Virus record (IMG/VR): IMGVR_UViG_3300030110_003594
Coordinates: 55,869-119,868 of that record
Reading direction: 5' to 3' (one strand)
Origin: a virus
Length of the DNA: 64,000 nt
The notes under the pieces were generated by a model that saw only the letters and a list, made by a program, of their open reading frames with translations, had not been told where the DNA came from and made no database searches. A program made the position numbers and the translations under genes. Positions within the stretch are counted from its first letter, which is position 1, and every line of letters begins with the position of its first letter. Of this stretch, positions 20,502 through 30,352 are shown piece by piece.

Positions 20502-21917
20502 TTAGTAGTCACCACCTTTGTCAACTAGATCTGCAACAGTTGCAACAACACCTGAGCCATCAAGTTTCATAATTCCAGCATCAATTGCAATTGCTAACCA
20601 ATCTGCATCTAATGATGTAGTTGCAGCAGAAGCACCTGTACATTTAACATATACTTTGTAGTGATATTGATCATTATCAAATACTCCAGAAGGATTGTTA
20701 AATCTAGGAACATTGTGTAACAAGTGATAAACTCTAAAGTGACCATTACAAGAAGCTCCTGTAGCATCTCTACCTAAGTCACCAATAATTCCACTCATTC
20801 CTTCTTGCTCTCTGAATCTACTAGAGTCTCTGTTTCCTTGATTATAAGGAGATTGTCTGTAATTTTCAGTTTTAAGAATGTCATTAATTCCTGTGTCAGA
20901 AGAAGTTCTTCTTTGTTTAAACGCAGTACTTTCAGTTCCTGTTACATAACCTAAACAAGCAACACATGGTTGACCAACTTCATCTTGTAAATCAGCAGTT
21001 GATTTAAGTCCTCCCATTAAATAAAAATCTCTTGTATCAAATGAACAAGAAGAGAACTGAGTTTGTAATTCACAACTTGTGTTAAGTGTGATTCTTACTT
21101 TATACTCATTAGCAGCAACCCATTCTCCTGTAGCAGATGCAGCAGCTTGATCAGCTGTAACACCTTTTGCACCTCCTTCATAGATTTTTTCTATTTTTGC
21201 TTGAGAAGCAGCACCAAATACTGTTGGAGCACCTACAGTATTTACTAATAATGTAGCAGTACCTAATTTACTCATAATAGGATCATTATTAAAATGATCT
21301 ACAAAGTTCATAGCAACAATAGATGGAGCAATACCAGAGTGAGTTGAATCTTGTGTTACACAACACATGTCAACATTTTCTTGTCCAGCAGCTACTCTTG
21401 CAGCCCATGCTAAAGCAGGATTTGCTGCAGCATCTCCAGAACCTGGCATTGGTAATGAACCAGATAAAGATTGATAAGCATTGTGATTTAATAATCTTAA
21501 TGCAGCAGTACCTTTAACGTCTACTCTTAAAATAGGATCTGTTCCACATGGGAAACAAGACATATATTGAGCAGTAGGTTTAATAAGTACATCAAAAACT
21601 TGAGCAGTTTCATCTACACAATCAGTGATCCACATATTTGAGATATACTTTTTAAGGATCATTTTTGATTTAGTTGTTTCCTTGTAACCTCCATGTCCTG
21701 GATTGTTACCTATTGTATCATTCGCATGGAATGATGCTTGTGTTAAATAGAAGCCACCCGCTTGTCCAGCAACTGCTACAGCATTCATTACTTTGTAACC
21801 TGAATCTACAAGTGCAAAATGTCCTGAAGTTGTTAATGAGGCTGAAGTGTCTCCAATTGTTTGGTTATGCGTTTGACACCAAAAGGCTTTGTCAAAAGCA
21901 TGATTAAAATAAGCCAT
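20502..21917 (-). CDS. Auxiliary capsid / major structural protein
   Basis: 471 aa, Ala/Gly-rich. Has its own promoter-like motif and terminator. Synteny matches the crAss auxiliary capsid gene. Confidence 0.55.
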   Translation of the reverse strand: MAYFNHAFDKAFWCQTHNQTIGDTSASLTTSGHFALVDSGYKVMNAVAVAGQAGGFYLTQASFHANDTIGNNPGHGGYKETTKSKMILKKYISNMWITDCVDETAQVFDVLIKPTAQYMSCFPCGTDPILRVDVKGTAALRLLNHNAYQSLSGSLPMPGSGDAAANPALAWAARVAAGQENVDMCCVTQDSTHSGIAPSIVAMNFVDHFNNDPIMSKLGTATLLVNTVGAPTVFGAASQAKIEKIYEGGAKGVTADQAAASATGEWVAANEYKVRITLNTSCELQTQFSSCSFDTRDFYLMGGLKSTADLQDEVGQPCVACLGYVTGTESTAFKQRRTSSDTGINDILKTENYRQSPYNQGNRDSSRFREQEGMSGIIGDLGRDATGASCNGHFRVYHLLHNVPRFNNPSGVFDNDQYHYKVYVKCTGASAATTSLDADWLAIAIDAGIMKLDGSGVVATVADLVDKGGDY

Positions 21918-22015
21918 AATTTCTAATTTTTGTGTTGAGCTTTACCTCAACTGGTTAATATTGATATTTATATACACTAATAATATACTACTTTTTCTTT
22001 ATTTAAACTAATATA

Positions 22016-22762
22016 TTAATTATTTTTTTCTGCTGATCCTGATCCTCTAATATACTGATTTGCATCATTTATATCCCCTGCAATGATAGAACATGCTTCA
22101 TCAATTAATAGTTCAACTATATCATCTTTGAATTCACATATAACATCTGCAGGTGATTGAACCAGTGTATAAGGATCTGTACAGCCTTCTATTTCTATTT
22201 CTCTAGGTCTTCTATAATAAGTAAATACAGGATTAATTATATTAAAATCTCTCTGATATATCCTTATATTATTATCTTGTAAAGTACAATAAGTTTCCCC
22301 CCATTCAAAATCTGGTCTTTTAAGAGGATCTCTCATTATTAGATCTACATTAGCAACCTCAGATAAATAGACTGTCATAGACCTTCCTCTTGTTACTGGT
22401 CCACCTGCTATTCCATCATCAGCAGGTACAGCAGGACAGCATTCTGTCACTGCTTCTGCAGATACTCTTTTATATTCAAGATAGTCTTCAGGAAAATTAG
22501 TTGACTCAATAAAAGTATCTCCTTGAGTAGTTATAAGTCCTAAATTTATTAATAAAGGTTGGAGATCATCTATACGTCTCTTAGACATCTCATCCCCTTC
22601 TTTATACATATTGTTTCCATGTAATTGTCTTCTACACCACTCAATTTGAGCTTTATTAAAAGATTCAACAATTTGCCAGCATTCTATATTATCATAATCA
22701 TTACTAGCTAATTTATTTAACCTTTGTCTAAACTTTATTTGTAGTGTAGTATTATTAATCAT
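22016..22762 (-). CDS. Ring/head-tail connector protein
   Basis: Likely start MINNTTL. FNKAQ and CEFKDDIVELLIDEA segments. Second gene after the MCP, as in crAss-like phages. Confidence 0.6.
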   Translation of the reverse strand: MINNTTLQIKFRQRLNKLASNDYDNIECWQIVESFNKAQIEWCRRQLHGNNMYKEGDEMSKRRIDDLQPLLINLGLITTQGDTFIESTNFPEDYLEYKRVSAEAVTECCPAVPADDGIAGGPVTRGRSMTVYLSEVANVDLIMRDPLKRPDFEWGETYCTLQDNNIRIYQRDFNIINPVFTYYRRPREIEIEGCTDPYTLVQSPADVICEFKDDIVELLIDEACSIIAGDINDANQYIRGSGSAEKNN

Positions 22763-22764
22763 AA

Positions 22765-23847
22765 TTACATATTCCAATAATATTCAACTTGACTTAAAAG
22801 ACCCATTAAATGTTCTTCATTTAAAGGATTTTTTAGCCACTCTAAACATTGTTCTGATGTTTTACCCATTCTAACAGATCCAAAGTATATAAAGCCATCT
22901 GCTTTATTTGTTATTAAACTATAACCACTTGCATCTTTTAAAACAGCTTTTAATTTTAAATCTTCCATACTAAGTCTAGAAGCATCTAAAAAAGCTTGTG
23001 CTGATCTTCTTTGATTTCTATCGTGTCCTTCACCATGTATAAAAGAATCCATAGCTTCATAAATAATATCATTAGCTGTTGATTTATTATATTGTGTACT
23101 ATTTGCATCACAAACTTTAGCTACATAGAATAATTTAGTATTCTCTGAATCATACATAGATGTTAATGAAGCAAGAGCTCTATTTCTTAATTTAGATAAT
23201 TCTGTTCTTGTACTTACAGTATCTTCTAGTTTATCTAAATAAAATTTACAGCCGTTTTTACCTTTTGCTTCTCTTAAATTTTTTGCTACAAGTGAAAAAC
23301 CACCTGCTTCAATTGCATATATTTTAATTAAATCATACGGATCTGCTGCTGGATCTAAATATATTGGATCATTACCTACCCTTAATTTAATTTTACTCCA
23401 GAATTCATGATTATCATGTCTAAGTAATTTTACTTTATTCCAAAATTCTGGATCTTCTGGATCAATTATATTTGCTGCTAAATCTCTTTCAAGAACTGCT
23501 ACAGCTTTTCTTATTTCTTTTATTTTTGCTATTCTCTTTTCAGAAGATAACTTTTTTATTTCAGGTGCAAATTCATTCAATCCTGTTACATATCTTTTAA
23601 TTCCGTTTATTTCTAAACAAGATAATTCTTCTTCATGCATTACACCTTCAAATAGTGACATACCATAATTTTCTAGACCCATATTTTCCATATCTCCATC
23701 AAAGTATGTACGTATTGCAATAGATTGATCTTTACCTTCTTGGTATTTTTCAATCATTGTTAATTCTTTAATTGCAGTATCTGTATACGTTGGTGCAACA
23801 GATTCAGCAACTACTTCTTCTACTGTTTCTTTTTTCTTTTTTGCCAT
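22765..23847 (-). CDS. Conserved crAss-like protein downstream of MCP (gene 75-like)
   Basis: 360 aa. Call rests on synteny. Confidence 0.5.
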   Translation of the reverse strand: MAKKKKETVEEVVAESVAPTYTDTAIKELTMIEKYQEGKDQSIAIRTYFDGDMENMGLENYGMSLFEGVMHEEELSCLEINGIKRYVTGLNEFAPEIKKLSSEKRIAKIKEIRKAVAVLERDLAANIIDPEDPEFWNKVKLLRHDNHEFWSKIKLRVGNDPIYLDPAADPYDLIKIYAIEAGGFSLVAKNLREAKGKNGCKFYLDKLEDTVSTRTELSKLRNRALASLTSMYDSENTKLFYVAKVCDANSTQYNKSTANDIIYEAMDSFIHGEGHDRNQRRSAQAFLDASRLSMEDLKLKAVLKDASGYSLITNKADGFIYFGSVRMGKTSEQCLEWLKNPLNEEHLMGLLSQVEYYWNM

Positions 23848-23882
23848 TTTTAGTTTGGTTTTTATTGGTTTTTAAAATGTTT

Positions 23883-23928
23883 TAATGATATAAGAGGGAG
23901 GAATGACCCTCCCTCTCTATCATATTAA
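23883..23928 (-). terminator. Hairpin terminator after MCP
   Basis: AGAGGGAGG/CCTCCCTCT stem immediately after the MCP stop. Confidence 0.7.
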
Positions 23929-23931
23929 GTA

Positions 23932-25566
23932 TTAGAATGATCCTCCTGTTACAGGATTCTTCATTACAATCTTCAATACCTTAGTTGGATCTTTCACCCA
24001 AATAGAAGGCATTGTTTGAGTCATCATCACTCGGTATCCATTAAAGTTACCAGATGAAGCAAACCCTTGAGTTCTTCCCATATAGTCCATAGTACCATTT
24101 TGGTAGAACCATTTTAATTGATTATCCCAAGATAATTTCAATAAGTGAATATTGTCATTACCTGACTCAGTGATGTCAAAGATAATAAAGCTATAAGAGC
24201 TTAATGGTCTTCCATCAATAAGTGGATTTTCAATATCATTAGTATGTAAATTGTCAAATGCAGGATTTAATACAAATCTTACGTTTGCCAAGAATGGAAT
24301 TACATAAGAAGTGAATGCATATCCAAATCCTAAGTCCATACCTGATCCAGATACAATTCCGTTTGAATCAGCATTGATTACGTAGTTAGTACCTAATCCA
24401 GCTGCTTCTGCTGCAATTGCGTCATTAACAAGTTTCATACCACCAATACCAGTCTGTACAATTAATGTACGTTGTGGATCTGGTCCTTCTAATTCAACTT
24501 TACCTTGGTAGAAGTTGTAAAGCTCAGTTTTAAACATATCTAAGCTGAAAGAAGACTTATTATAGATTCTCTTGTAAGAGTTATCTAATTGCTTCCAAAG
24601 ACCAACTGACATTCTGATGTCATCCGGCCCATCTTGTTTAACTCTACCACCGTGACCCCACATTAAGTAAGTCTCAATGTCACTTGCAATTTTATTCAAG
24701 TGAGCAGCTTCTAAGTTAGTTAAGAAAGTTCTTGATAAGCTTCCATTATCAAATGCTCTACGTACGTAGTCAGCACCCATAATTTCAACCATACTTTCTA
24801 ATGAAGAAACTGAAGGATCAACGTCTTGGTCAAATGTTCTCCAAATCTCTGTTACAGGAATAGAACCATCAGCATTCATTCCTCCTTTAAGCATTAAGTC
24901 TGCTCTTGAAGAAATAGAATAATGAACGTGTGCTTCTGCTCCTCCTACAAAGTTGTAGAATTCACGGAAACCTGTTCCTGTTGTTAGATCTGAGAATCTT
25001 TCACCATACTCACCACGTGCAGAACCTTTTCTAAAGAATTTAGTTCCTGATGCTAAGTACTTGTCTGCTAGACCTGCTGTATTATTACTGTTTACAAGTT
25101 GTACAGTATAAACAAATCCGTCACCTGATGGTAAAATATCATCAGCAGTAACGTAAAGTTCTTTACCATTGTACTTGTCATAAGTAATAATGTCACCATG
25201 TCCAAATGCTCTCTTACTTAAGAGAATTTTGAATGTTTGTCCATCCACACCTCTTGATGTTCCTGAAGCGTCAGTAACGCCATCAATTTTACCAAGTGAA
25301 TATGGAAGGTCTTGTGCAACGGGAGTTTGCCATTTATACTCACCACGTGCGTTGTCCACCATAATTGTATTGTTACCACCAAATGAAGCTAATTGATACA
25401 AAGGCATTTCTACCTTTTGTGTCATAGCCCACAAGTCAACTGGACCCATATCCATAGGTTCAGCAGAACCCAATAATTGAGTTAAGTGGTAAGAATCAAC
25501 GTGAGAACTAGCTTTGTAGTTTGTATCTCTAAGGAAAATCCCATTATTTAATACTGGAGTTGCCAT
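23932..25566 (-). CDS. Major capsid protein
   Basis: 544 aa. Order TerL-portal-scaffold-MCP, highly-expressed codon bias (AAC/TAC/TTC), followed by a strong hairpin. Confidence 0.85.
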   Translation of the reverse strand: MATPVLNNGIFLRDTNYKASSHVDSYHLTQLLGSAEPMDMGPVDLWAMTQKVEMPLYQLASFGGNNTIMVDNARGEYKWQTPVAQDLPYSLGKIDGVTDASGTSRGVDGQTFKILLSKRAFGHGDIITYDKYNGKELYVTADDILPSGDGFVYTVQLVNSNNTAGLADKYLASGTKFFRKGSARGEYGERFSDLTTGTGFREFYNFVGGAEAHVHYSISSRADLMLKGGMNADGSIPVTEIWRTFDQDVDPSVSSLESMVEIMGADYVRRAFDNGSLSRTFLTNLEAAHLNKIASDIETYLMWGHGGRVKQDGPDDIRMSVGLWKQLDNSYKRIYNKSSFSLDMFKTELYNFYQGKVELEGPDPQRTLIVQTGIGGMKLVNDAIAAEAAGLGTNYVINADSNGIVSGSGMDLGFGYAFTSYVIPFLANVRFVLNPAFDNLHTNDIENPLIDGRPLSSYSFIIFDITESGNDNIHLLKLSWDNQLKWFYQNGTMDYMGRTQGFASSGNFNGYRVMMTQTMPSIWVKDPTKVLKIVMKNPVTGGSF

Positions 25567-25629
25567 AATTGATTGTTTTTAAAAATTAATAATTATTGTT
25601 ATTGTTGTTGTTGTTTTCTTTTATTTTTC

Positions 25630-26034
25630 TTATTCAGCTGTACCTAAGAAATATCCCACTCTAATCTGTAGCATATCTTGTGCAGTACCTGCTCCACCTG
25701 GATCTGATACAGCGTGTGATACGTGTAATCCTATATCAGCAGCAGATGTAGTTTTAGCACCTCCAACAGGTGCAGCACCCATGTTTGTTACTACAGCTTC
25801 ATCTGTAAGATCAGCCTTAGCTATTGTACCTGTTAGATCTACACCTCCTCCAGTAACTTTAAGTACTAAAGCACCACTAGAAGTAACAGCTTGTTGACAG
25901 TAAATACTTACCTCGTTAACTATTGCATTATCTGGCAGTTTTGTTGTATTTGCCAAAGTTTGTGCACCAGTTCCTGAAAAATCAGCAAACTTAGCAGTTG
26001 CACCTGCATAGTATTTTTTCAAATTTAGTCCCAT
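25630..26034 (-). CDS. Putative capsid decoration/cement protein
   Basis: 134 aa, beta-rich with small residues (LPDNAIVNEV). Lies between scaffold and MCP, with a leader duplicated from the MCP leader. Confidence 0.45.
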   Translation of the reverse strand: MGLNLKKYYAGATAKFADFSGTGAQTLANTTKLPDNAIVNEVSIYCQQAVTSSGALVLKVTGGGVDLTGTIAKADLTDEAVVTNMGAAPVGGAKTTSAADIGLHVSHAVSDPGGAGTAQDMLQIRVGYFLGTAE

Positions 26035-26084
26035 GATTCAAATTGTTTTAATGATTAATAATAATTGTTATTGTTGTTTTCTAT

Positions 26085-27383
26085 TTATATTCTTTTAAAA
26101 ATGTTTTTATTTCCTCTTGCAATTTTTCTTTTAGGTCTTTCAGCTGGAGCTTCTTCAACTGGTGCTGCAGAAGATCTATTGCTTTGTGCAGTCTTTAATT
26201 TTCTAACAGTTTGCTCAACAGCTGTGTTTGCTCCTTTTTTCATTATTTGTGCTTTATATCCATTTGGATCTGCAAGCAACCATAATGCTTCTGTTACTAA
26301 GTTATAGTTTGGTTCAACAAACTGATATTTTTCTAACAGATGACCTAATAGGTTTGTATTCTGTCCATTAATTGATGGATAAGCTGGATTAACTAATCCG
26401 TTATAAAGAAGTGATTGTACTTTTTTATCTACTTTCATATCACCTACTTTACCATCTTTTAATGTATTATATACATTTTGCATATAGTTTTGTGATGCTT
26501 GTTCTTGTTGCTTTCTTTTCATATCTTGTTCTTGCAACTTTCTTGCAACAACTTTTTCTTGCATCTTATCTAATTTTGGTTTAAACTTGTTTGCTTGAGT
26601 TTCAAGCTTTCCAAGATCTTTCCAAACTTCTATTTCTTCAGAGATTTCTTCTTGAGTTCCATATCCTGTAGCTCCTAAATATTCTCTAATTATATGTTCC
26701 TGATCTTTTTCATTTTTAACATCTAAATCTCTAGTTTCTTCAACTACAGATAATGCTTTAAATATTCCTTTTAGATCAGTTCCTCCATCTGCAACATATC
26801 TTGCTGCAATCTGAAGTTCTTGTGGTAAACTTTCAAAGAACTGTTTTGGAGTTTCTCTCCTTACTGAATTTGCTTTTTCATCTAAATTAGCCTGAATAAG
26901 TTCTTGCCAATCTTTTGCACTATACTCCTCTAAATCTTTTCCATCATCAAAAGCTAATATTTTTTCCTCATCTATGAGTTTTCTAAAAACATCAGAAACT
27001 CCTGTTATAGCTTTTCTTCCTCTTTTTTTAGTTTCTGTTTTTTCTTCTTCATTTTCTTCAACTTCATTATCTCCTAGGATTTCATTAAGTTGTTCTTCAG
27101 AAACTTTAGTTTCAGTATCTTTTGCTTTTACTTCTTCTTCTTTTTTAGCAGTTTCAGCAACAGTTGGTTCAACTTCTTCAGTTTTTTCTTCAACTTTCTC
27201 TTCTGCTGGTTTATCAATAAAAGACATATCAATATCTTTTTTTCTACTAAATACATTTGGTTTTTTTGATTCATCTTCTGGTAACGTAATTGAATCTGCT
27301 CCAGGAGCACCGTTAAAGATTTCATCAAGGTTAACCTCTACCTTTTCTACTTTAGTTTCAATTGTTTTTGATTCTTCTGACAT
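26085..27383 (-). CDS. Putative scaffolding protein
   Basis: 432 aa, acidic/coiled-coil with a basic C-terminus. Between portal and MCP. Confidence 0.6.
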   Translation of the reverse strand: MSEESKTIETKVEKVEVNLDEIFNGAPGADSITLPEDESKKPNVFSRKKDIDMSFIDKPAEEKVEEKTEEVEPTVAETAKKEEEVKAKDTETKVSEEQLNEILGDNEVEENEEEKTETKKRGRKAITGVSDVFRKLIDEEKILAFDDGKDLEEYSAKDWQELIQANLDEKANSVRRETPKQFFESLPQELQIAARYVADGGTDLKGIFKALSVVEETRDLDVKNEKDQEHIIREYLGATGYGTQEEISEEIEVWKDLGKLETQANKFKPKLDKMQEKVVARKLQEQDMKRKQQEQASQNYMQNVYNTLKDGKVGDMKVDKKVQSLLYNGLVNPAYPSINGQNTNLLGHLLEKYQFVEPNYNLVTEALWLLADPNGYKAQIMKKGANTAVEQTVRKLKTAQSNRSSAAPVEEAPAERPKRKIARGNKNIFKRI

Positions 27384-27494
27384 AATATTTTTGGTTTTAT
27401 TGGTTTTAATATTTGTTGTTTACATATACAATATAATAAAGTTTTTTTTAATAAACCTTAGAAATTTTATATAATATTAAGTTTTTTGGTAGTA

Positions 27495-27504
27495 TATAGC
27501 TATC
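27495..27504 (-). promoter_or_regulatory. GATAGCTATA motif
   Basis: The same 10-mer occurs in intergenic DNA at 39525 and 43572. Confidence 0.5.
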
Positions 27505-27505
27505 C

Positions 27506-30280
27506 TTATTTTTTCTTCTTCTTTTTAGTTTCACTTTCCTTTTTTGGAACATCATATTTGTTTTTATTTTCACGTGCAATCTCAAGATTTGTATTAGCAA
27601 TTTCACGTTGAGTAGCTAATTTTTGTCTATCAACATCTATCTTAGATTGATCAAGTGAAGATTTTCTTGCTGACTCTTCTCTTTTAAAATCCATTTGATC
27701 TCTATATTGATCTCTTTGCTCCATATCTTTCATTGCATCACGGAAATCACTTTGTTGATTTTGATCAATATCTGTTTGTGCACCATAACCTGCAGCTCTA
27801 ATTTCAGCAACCATAAGATCATTTTTACGTTCTTCAGCATTTTGTTGAGCTTGGAAGTCACGTTCAGCTTGTTTTTCTTTAGCTTGTGCTTCAAGTTGTT
27901 GTTGTTGCATTTCTTGCTGTTGTTGCATTTGAGCTTGTTTTTCTGCTTGTGTTTTCTCTTCTGCAGATTTAAGAATGTTTGAAACCTCAGCAATTGATTC
28001 AGCTTTAATAACACCTCCAAGATCATAAATACTTGCTCCTGTAGTATTATTAGTAAGTGCCATTTGTTTTAATTGATCTAGAATAGCTCTATGATTTGTT
28101 TTAGTTGTACAGAATATATTAAAATCTCTCATTAATAATTCTGTCCCATTAATAGTAAAGTTTACTTTTTCTGCTTCACTGGATATATAGTTTAATCTTA
28201 CACTTGGCATTTTACTATGATAGTATTGTGAAAGATCAGTTCTCATTTGATGTACCCTTGGCATAAGATTATCTGAATGTTGAATAAAGTACATCTCTGT
28301 TTGTGCATAAGAAGCTTGTATAGCTTGTTGTACACCTGTTGCAGTTTGTCTTGCAACTTCTTGCCCCATTCTTTGTGGATTAACACCAATTGCTTCAAAT
28401 GCTTGATTCTTGAAATGATTTGCTAATTGAATTCTTGACATTAATCTTCCTGACTGTTCAAGATTTAAAGTTTGATAATGATTAAAGTTTGTAGCATTTT
28501 CTGTATTAGTAATTGAAGTATCTAATGGTAACATACCAAAATCCTTCATTGCTACATAAGCTTTAGCCATATTATTTTTACCCCAGTCTTCACCCATTGA
28601 ATGACGTGGTAATGCATTTTGATCAAACATAATAACAGTTCCCAACTCATCTACTAGAATATCTGCTATTTGATTATTAACCATATTATAACCTACTTGA
28701 TAAGGTTTCATTAAATCAACAAGTGATGTTGATCTTGTATTTCTATCTGAAAATACTCTTCCTTCAATTGGAAGTTTAACTCCATATAAGTTGTTATCTC
28801 CTTTAAATTGGAATTGTACTCTACCTGGAGTTGCTTTATTTATGCCTAAGTATATTGGATTAAAGTCTGTTCCTGATTCTGTTCTCCAAGAATTAGGTAA
28901 ATTTCTTCCTATTTTAACTCCACCCCAAACTTCATTTACCCAGATCCAATCTACATGTTCTCCTTCTGCAAGATTATCTTTTGTTTTATTTTTAAACAGG
29001 TTTGTATTATAAATAGGTTTATGTGTTGTTTTAAAATTTTCATCAACTATTAATTGTTCTACTTCTCCATCTGTATGTACTCTTGTAAGATGTCCCACCT
29101 TTCTTTGTGTCTTCCAATAAATAGTGGAAACTCTTAACATGTCTGTTGTACCCCATGCGTTAATATCTTCTCCTTGACTTAATATTTCACTTACTACATC
29201 TCCTCCACCTCCTGGATTAGTTGCCCAGTTTGTCATAAATTGTCTATATGCTAATGAAGGTGCATTAGTATTCCACTTATGAGATTTAGTAGCATCATAG
29301 AATGAACCATCATTTTGTACTGGATAATTCATATAAATAGCTGATTTAGCTGGATGGATAGCCTCTAATGACTCTAATTGTTTTTTAGTCATTAAATATC
29401 CATATGTATCTATAACATCTGAAATAGTTAACATTTCACATTTACCACCATAATTAGAATCTGATATATATCTTACATCTGGAGACTTTTGATAAAAGGT
29501 GAGAACAGGATTCCATAATTCAACATCATAGTCATCTTCTAACATACGGAAGTGCCAGAACTCTCTATCACAAATAAGCATATCACGGAATGCTCTTTCT
29601 TCAAGTTCCTGCATTTTAAATCTTTCTTCATCAACTCTCATTTGATGGGAAGCCCATTCTTCTACAAGACTTCTATAATCTTTTGTAAAAAATTCTTCTA
29701 TTTCAGGTAATGACTTAAGTCTTTCCGGTGCTAACTGTTCTTGTGCATCAGCTGCATTAGGATCCATTCCCATCTCAATCATTTGTTGAGTAACTTTAGC
29801 TTGTGCATCATTTAATAGATTTTCCTCTATTAACTTTCTTTTATCTTCCATCATTTCATTATATGAAAGATCATCTACTGCTCTAAACTGAACTCTTGAA
29901 AATCTTTTAGAAAATTCTCCTGAAAGAACATTAATAACATTTGGAATTATAGGATAGAATTTAAGTTCTAAAGCAGACTCATCCTCTTTAGTTAGAACTT
30001 CCATTAATTCTTTATATTGATTATCTTCTTCAATTATATAATCAGATTTATCAATAATACCTTTTGCAAGTTTATAGTTTTTTAATAATTTTCTTGAATT
30101 TCTTCTAAGAAAGTTTATACCTTGTTCTTCTAACCAATCCAAATTCCAAGCAGCCCAATCTAAATTCTTTTTCTTTGATGACAAGAATTGAATAGGTTGT
30201 GTTAAGCTTGATGTAGCTGGATACTTAGATTGTTTGGCTTTAGCACCATTCTTCAGTTGAAGAGCATTAAGTATTTGCAT
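27506..30280 (-). CDS. Portal protein
   Basis: 924 aa after TerL. YPIIPNVINVLSGE, SLVDLMKPYQ, GVNPQRMG, and a Gln-rich coiled-coil barrel. Confidence 0.9.
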   Translation of the reverse strand: MQILNALQLKNGAKAKQSKYPATSSLTQPIQFLSSKKKNLDWAAWNLDWLEEQGINFLRRNSRKLLKNYKLAKGIIDKSDYIIEEDNQYKELMEVLTKEDESALELKFYPIIPNVINVLSGEFSKRFSRVQFRAVDDLSYNEMMEDKRKLIEENLLNDAQAKVTQQMIEMGMDPNAADAQEQLAPERLKSLPEIEEFFTKDYRSLVEEWASHQMRVDEERFKMQELEERAFRDMLICDREFWHFRMLEDDYDVELWNPVLTFYQKSPDVRYISDSNYGGKCEMLTISDVIDTYGYLMTKKQLESLEAIHPAKSAIYMNYPVQNDGSFYDATKSHKWNTNAPSLAYRQFMTNWATNPGGGGDVVSEILSQGEDINAWGTTDMLRVSTIYWKTQRKVGHLTRVHTDGEVEQLIVDENFKTTHKPIYNTNLFKNKTKDNLAEGEHVDWIWVNEVWGGVKIGRNLPNSWRTESGTDFNPIYLGINKATPGRVQFQFKGDNNLYGVKLPIEGRVFSDRNTRSTSLVDLMKPYQVGYNMVNNQIADILVDELGTVIMFDQNALPRHSMGEDWGKNNMAKAYVAMKDFGMLPLDTSITNTENATNFNHYQTLNLEQSGRLMSRIQLANHFKNQAFEAIGVNPQRMGQEVARQTATGVQQAIQASYAQTEMYFIQHSDNLMPRVHQMRTDLSQYYHSKMPSVRLNYISSEAEKVNFTINGTELLMRDFNIFCTTKTNHRAILDQLKQMALTNNTTGASIYDLGGVIKAESIAEVSNILKSAEEKTQAEKQAQMQQQQEMQQQQLEAQAKEKQAERDFQAQQNAEERKNDLMVAEIRAAGYGAQTDIDQNQQSDFRDAMKDMEQRDQYRDQMDFKREESARKSSLDQSKIDVDRQKLATQREIANTNLEIARENKNKYDVPKKESETKKKKKK

Positions 30281-30283
30281 ATC

Positions 30284-30352
30284 TTATTTTTTTAGTATAT
30301 ATACTACAGGAATATCTCCCCATGTTGTTGTTGTTGTCCAATAATTTTTCAT
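30284..30352 (-). CDS. 22-aa micro-ORF MKNYWTTTTTWGDIPVVYILKK
   Basis: ATG overlaps the TerL stop (ATGA). Its stop is 3 nt before the portal ATG. Confidence 0.5.
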   Translation of the reverse strand: MKNYWTTTTTWGDIPVVYILKK

